DNA of 20,000 bases from an uncultured virus (IMG/VR IMGVR_UViG_3300024270_000031) (lineage: Duplodnaviria > Heunggongvirae > Uroviricota > Caudoviricetes), in IMG/VR virus record IMGVR_UViG_3300024270_000031, positions 115,442 to 135,441 of that record. One strand, given 5' to 3'. Both the position numbers and the translations under genes were made by a program. Below the pieces are notes generated by a model, which worked only from the letters and a program-made list of their open reading frames with translations, ran no database searches and was not told the DNA's origin. This document shows positions 16,451-20,000 of the stretch, piece after piece. Every line of letters begins with the position of its first letter. The first letter of the stretch is position 1.

Positions 16451-16483
16451 GTATTATACGAAAGATAAACGGAGGATATACAT

Positions 16484-17344
16484 ATGCTAAATGATACTAA
16501 GAAAGATTTGATTGAGCAGGCCCGCAAACTTGTAAAGCCCTATGAGCAGTATTCTATCGACGAACTTGCCGATGCTTACTGCGACGCAACTGACACTGGT
16601 AATGAACAGCTGAAGAACATTTATATCTCGGCACTTATTCTTCGCTTCTGGTATAAGATTGATAAGATGTACAGAGAGAATACTGTTGCACCTTGTCTCG
16701 AGTACGAAGATTTCTTCTGGTGGCTCTATGAAGCAATCGAGTACGCTTGTAAGTACAGAGGCTGGAGAGACGAGACTAAGAAACTTAATGCACAGCAGTG
16801 TATCAATAAGTGTATTGATACTATTAAGCTTCAGAAGTACTATGATCTCAGGCTTGATAAGAAGAAGGCTGTAAACTACTGCACTAGTATGGACGCTCCG
16901 ATTGCCGGTGATTCTGATGATGAGGCAAAGACTCTCGGTGATATGCTTGAGGATGAAGACGACTGCTTCGACACTAGTGCTGATGACGTTATGATGCTGG
17001 TTCAGAACTATATCAATCGTAATAAAATCATTGAAGCTATCTTAATTGATAATATTGCTTTCAATGACGTACAGCGACACTCTAAAAGAACTATTAAGAC
17101 CACTAATGCCGACGGTGAGACTTATAGATATACTGAGCACAGCTCAGAGTTCTGGCCCTATAAGCTGGTTCAGATTGTAAGTAAGCTTCCGGCTACATAT
17201 AAGAGTTCTTTTATGAGACGTTATCACATTTCAGAAGAGAAACTTACTACGGTTCTCGATGCGATTGAGAGAGCTAACAATCAGAAGCTTTATAAGTACC
17301 TTAAGAGTTGTCTTGCTGAGCTTAAGGTAAGTTATGCGCTGTAA
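16484..17344 (+). CDS. Divergent phage sigma70-like factor
   Basis: Region-2-like EYEDFFWWLYEAIEYACKY and a region-3.2-like sigma finger SMDAPIAGDSDDEAKTLGDMLED. Confidence 0.6.
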   Translation: MLNDTKKDLIEQARKLVKPYEQYSIDELADAYCDATDTGNEQLKNIYISALILRFWYKIDKMYRENTVAPCLEYEDFFWWLYEAIEYACKYRGWRDETKKLNAQQCINKCIDTIKLQKYYDLRLDKKKAVNYCTSMDAPIAGDSDDEAKTLGDMLEDEDDCFDTSADDVMMLVQNYINRNKIIEAILIDNIAFNDVQRHSKRTIKTTNADGETYRYTEHSSEFWPYKLVQIVSKLPATYKSSFMRRYHISEEKLTTVLDAIERANNQKLYKYLKSCLAELKVSYAL

Positions 17345-17350
17345 AACTCT

Positions 17351-17376
17351 AGGCCGGCTTAAAACCCCGGCCTTTT
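17351..17376 (+). terminator. Rho-independent terminator
   Basis: AGGCCGG-cttaaaacc-CCGGCCT followed by TTT. Confidence 0.7.
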
Positions 17377-17396
17377 ATATTGTATAATATAATAAA
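17377..17396 (+). promoter_or_regulatory. Class II promoter-like motif
   Basis: Identical to 1040-1059. Confidence 0.6.
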
Positions 17397-17421
17397 AAAC
17401 GAAACTCGGAGGATTTCAATT

Positions 17422-18120
17422 TTGTATCTGGATTTATTTGACGAACTAAGATTAAATAAAAGACTTGTGAAGATTGCCGGCTTTGAGGTCGCAGCTTACT
17501 GGGCCGAGCTTCAGAGTATTCTTAAGCAGGTCGTAAAGAAACAAACTATGGATGAGAAAGGATTCTTCCCTCTCGATAGAGACTATGTAGAGAGGGAGAC
17601 TACTTTGACTACTGCTAAGCAACTTAAGTGTGATGAAAAGCTTCTCAGTCTCGGAGTACTTCTTAAAGACCCGGAAGATCCTAATAAGATTGCTATCGCA
17701 GTAAACGGAATGGTTGCGGTGATCACAGACGAGGATACTACTAAGCTTAAGAAGACTGGTAAAACTTCTGCAGACGCTCGGGCAGCGAAGGTTGCCGGGA
17801 TTAAAGCGACTATGAAGAAAGCTATCTTAGAAGACGACTTAGAACTTCGCGCCGCTTACGAACGCTGGATCGACGGAATGATCGACGCGCAGAACTGTAA
17901 GTTTACTAAAGCAGTAGTGCAGGTATTTGAGAAGACGGTTACCGGATACACTACGGACAAAGCCCTGCGACTTAAGATCATTGAGATTGCTACTACTAAT
18001 AGTTATAAGGACGCTACTTGGGCAATCAACAGGATCTACAACCCCGGAAAGTTTACTTCGCCGGCTACTAAACTTCCTGAGCAGAAGATTTGCACCGGCG
18101 TTTCTAACGATGTATTTTAA
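17422..18120 (+). CDS. Putative wHTH replication initiator / replisome organiser
   Basis: TTG 17422 follows GGAGG. NKRLVKIAG.EVAAYWAEL...KGFF.LDRDYVERETTLTTAKQ....KL..LGVL resembles phage initiator N-terminal wHTH domains. Confidence 0.6.
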   Translation: MYLDLFDELRLNKRLVKIAGFEVAAYWAELQSILKQVVKKQTMDEKGFFPLDRDYVERETTLTTAKQLKCDEKLLSLGVLLKDPEDPNKIAIAVNGMVAVITDEDTTKLKKTGKTSADARAAKVAGIKATMKKAILEDDLELRAAYERWIDGMIDAQNCKFTKAVVQVFEKTVTGYTTDKALRLKIIEIATTNSYKDATWAINRIYNPGKFTSPATKLPEQKICTGVSNDVF

Positions 18121-18129
18121 GGAGGACTT

Positions 18130-18411
18130 ATGAACGAGTTTATTTCTGTAAAGACTTGTCCTATCTGCGGAGAGGGACCTCAAAGAATTACTACCGAATT
18201 AGGTAGACCGGGAGGACACGGATACCCCGGACATAAGGACTATCAGTATGTCTGCGAGTGCTGTGGACTTGTTAAGGGTGAGTCTCATCATGATATTTAT
18301 GGATCTTCCGAAGATGCAATTAACCGAGCTAAGAAGTCTTGGAACGACCGAGTAGCTGGTGTACAGACCTACCTTGACCGCATCTATGTAAAGCGCACGG
18401 AAGGTATCTAA
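18130..18411 (+). CDS. Lar-like restriction-alleviation Zn-finger protein
   Basis: KTCPICG ... YVCECCG ... A...WNDR pattern; SD AAGGAGG. Confidence 0.65.
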   Translation: MNEFISVKTCPICGEGPQRITTELGRPGGHGYPGHKDYQYVCECCGLVKGESHHDIYGSSEDAINRAKKSWNDRVAGVQTYLDRIYVKRTEGI

Positions 18412-18442
18412 AAAATTTCCGAAACTTCATCTATTTTGTCAG

Positions 18443-18471
18443 TTTACAAATCCTCAAAAATATGTTATAAT
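18443..18471 (+). promoter_or_regulatory. SigmaA-type early promoter
   Basis: TTTACA-17 nt-TATAAT with extended TG. Confidence 0.85.
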
Positions 18472-18504
18472 ATATACGTAAGTAAAACTTAGGAGGATTA
18501 AAGA

Positions 18505-18732
18505 ATGGATACCGAACTTATGATGATTCAGATTAATCAGGATTTCAACGAACTTGCAGAACAGTATGCTGGTGCAGCGAGCAACGAAAGACTTTGGGCA
18601 AAAGGTGCACCTGATGCTGAAACTGCCCGGATGCATGAAGAGAATGCAATTCAGAACCATACTATGGCATTATTTTATGGTTATCTCGCAAGTAGATCAC
18701 TTGACCTTATAGAGTCTTTTGAGGAGGACTAA
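18505..18732 (+). CDS. Hypothetical protein
   Basis: SD AGGAGG; 75 aa. Confidence 0.8.
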   Translation: MDTELMMIQINQDFNELAEQYAGAASNERLWAKGAPDAETARMHEENAIQNHTMALFYGYLASRSLDLIESFEED

Positions 18733-18734
18733 TT

Positions 18735-19076
18735 ATGGAAACAGTAAACATCACCGGCATTACTTCAAAGGAAATTTCGCGCACGCTTTTGCACGAGGGC
18801 TTTACTAAGAAAGTAGAGTGCAAGAACTACTGGGACTCACACGGTACCAGAGTAGAATATGCACCTACACAGTATAAGTTCGATCAGGAAAAGAAGTTTG
18901 AGATTTGGGAAGTGGTTACTGAAACTCATTACCCGGCAATTAATCATACTCAGACTTACACTGACTGGAGACTTGTAGTGGAAGGCAAGCCCCTTGATCC
19001 TAATCTCGGTTGGGTTGTAGGTTACGATCACCTCAAGACTAAACTCAAGCTTGATTGCTGCGTCGGTTGCGGTTAA
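18735..19076 (+). CDS. Hypothetical protein
   Basis: SD GAGGAGG; 113 aa. Confidence 0.8.
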   Translation: METVNITGITSKEISRTLLHEGFTKKVECKNYWDSHGTRVEYAPTQYKFDQEKKFEIWEVVTETHYPAINHTQTYTDWRLVVEGKPLDPNLGWVVGYDHLKTKLKLDCCVGCG

Positions 19077-19110
19077 TAAACTAATAATTTAATAAGAGAG
19101 GAATATACGA

Positions 19111-19434
19111 ATGATAAGATCTGAATTTTATGGGCTCAAGTCTGGTGACTGGAAGTGCACTCACGTTGGTGTAGCGTCTATCACCGGTGCATATAAGCAG
19201 AAGAAAGTAGATGGAAGAAGAGTAAGGAACAAGACTCCCGGACACCGGAATTACTACTACATATTTGAGCGACTCACTTCTGATGCGAAGGCAATGAAGA
19301 TGATCCGGCTCAATGCTCAGCAGGTCAGAAGAGTACGGGACGGTTGGTTTACTGTAGAGGAGATTGCTGACAAGAAGGCAGCAAAGCGTTCTCAAATCTT
19401 TAAGGAGAAGGTGAGCTACAGCTTCTGTGACTAA
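19111..19434 (+). CDS. Basic hypothetical protein
   Basis: SD GAGAGG; 107 aa, K/R-rich. Confidence 0.75.
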   Translation: MIRSEFYGLKSGDWKCTHVGVASITGAYKQKKVDGRRVRNKTPGHRNYYYIFERLTSDAKAMKMIRLNAQQVRRVRDGWFTVEEIADKKAAKRSQIFKEKVSYSFCD

Positions 19435-19435
19435 T

Positions 19436-20000
19436 ATGAGAAAAGAAGAATTTCAGAAAATCATGGACGCGCTCGGAGATCGTCTACTGGTGTGTGAGCA
19501 GCACCTTGGCGACATACACACTACAGACGATCTCAGCCGACTTTCTTTGGCGAGAGCCGCAGACCTTAAAAGCTTCTGTGTGACAGAAGAGGAAGTCATG
19601 ACCAAGATAGTTATGGTAGACCTGTATCACATCATTGGTATGGGACATCTTCTTCCGCCGCAGATGATGAAGTTTACTTACGCTATTCAGGAGTACTTGC
19701 AGTATCGTCCGACTATCAAAGCGATCGCTAAGCACCTCGATAGTATCTTCGAGCTGCCGAAGATTCCGGTAGAAACTCAGTATAAGTTGATGGGTCTTGG
19801 AGACTTTACTCTGACTTCTGGAGTTGGCGATCCTGTGGTAGATGATGCTTCTGTCGCGGACTATGACCAGACGAAACAGAGAACTCTTGGGCAGTCACTT
19901 CTGCCTTTCCGAATTGAAGGAAGCCAGATTAGAGTGGACATGACCCAGTTCGATTTCTTCGTAACTCTTATGACGAATCTCTTTAAGTCTCCCCTCTCGG
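19436..20000 (+). CDS. Hypothetical protein, 3'-truncated by the window end (absent from ORF track)
   Basis: ATG 19436 directly follows the previous stop and reads MRKEEFQKIMDALGDRLLVCEQHLG... with no stop before the window end. Confidence 0.75.
   Translation, partial: MRKEEFQKIMDALGDRLLVCEQHLGDIHTTDDLSRLSLARAADLKSFCVTEEEVMTKIVMVDLYHIIGMGHLLPPQMMKFTYAIQEYLQYRPTIKAIAKHLDSIFELPKIPVETQYKLMGLGDFTLTSGVGDPVVDDASVADYDQTKQRTLGQSLLPFRIEGSQIRVDMTQFDFFVTLMTNLFKSPLS

Noticed and set aside
9513..18133. Alternative-frame + ORFs 9513..9839, 16058..16261, 16659..16874 and 17927..18133
   Set aside because: They are nested out of frame within better ORFs and have Leu/Ser/Arg-rich off-frame composition.
1103..19735. 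All minus-strand ORFs in the track (e.g. 8279..8719, 9296..9718, 15628..16380, 17839..18183)
   Set aside because: They are antisense shadows of well-supported + strand genes, with no SD or recognisable motifs.
1..20000. Stop-codon reassignment, introns or inteins (e.g. in nrdD or the helicase)
   Set aside because: Genes are intact and of normal length in code 11, with no fragmentation or insertions seen.

Overview
This is a 20-kb stretch of a large dsDNA tailed phage, probably infecting an anaerobic Firmicute (Clostridia-like SD sequences, sigmaA-type promoters, class III RNR). All credible genes are on the + strand in standard code. Recognisable genes: a NadR-like kinase C-terminus plus PnuC (NAD salvage), a lipoprotein, a DUF5662-like HD protein, an FN3-like structural protein, a HARP-SNF2 helicase, nrdD/nrdG, a YodL-like protein, a divergent sigma70-like factor, a wHTH replication-initiator-like protein and a Lar-like Zn finger. 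The rest are hypotheticals. The main unexplained structure is: (1) a spaced palindrome YGWAAY-N7-RTTWCR, found by eye 13 times exactly. Most copies lie in 5754-8426 next to an origin-like AT-rich region, many inside coding sequence, and two cover the RBSs of the helicase and the initiator-like gene. (2) Modular proteins punctuated by LxE motifs behind a dedicated GCTAAATTA motif, possibly protease-processed head-packaged polyproteins. (3) Three distinct promoter-like motif classes together with a phage sigma factor. (4) Three small structured RNA candidates, each with its own promoter. All motif counts and protein family calls were made by eye and need computational confirmation.
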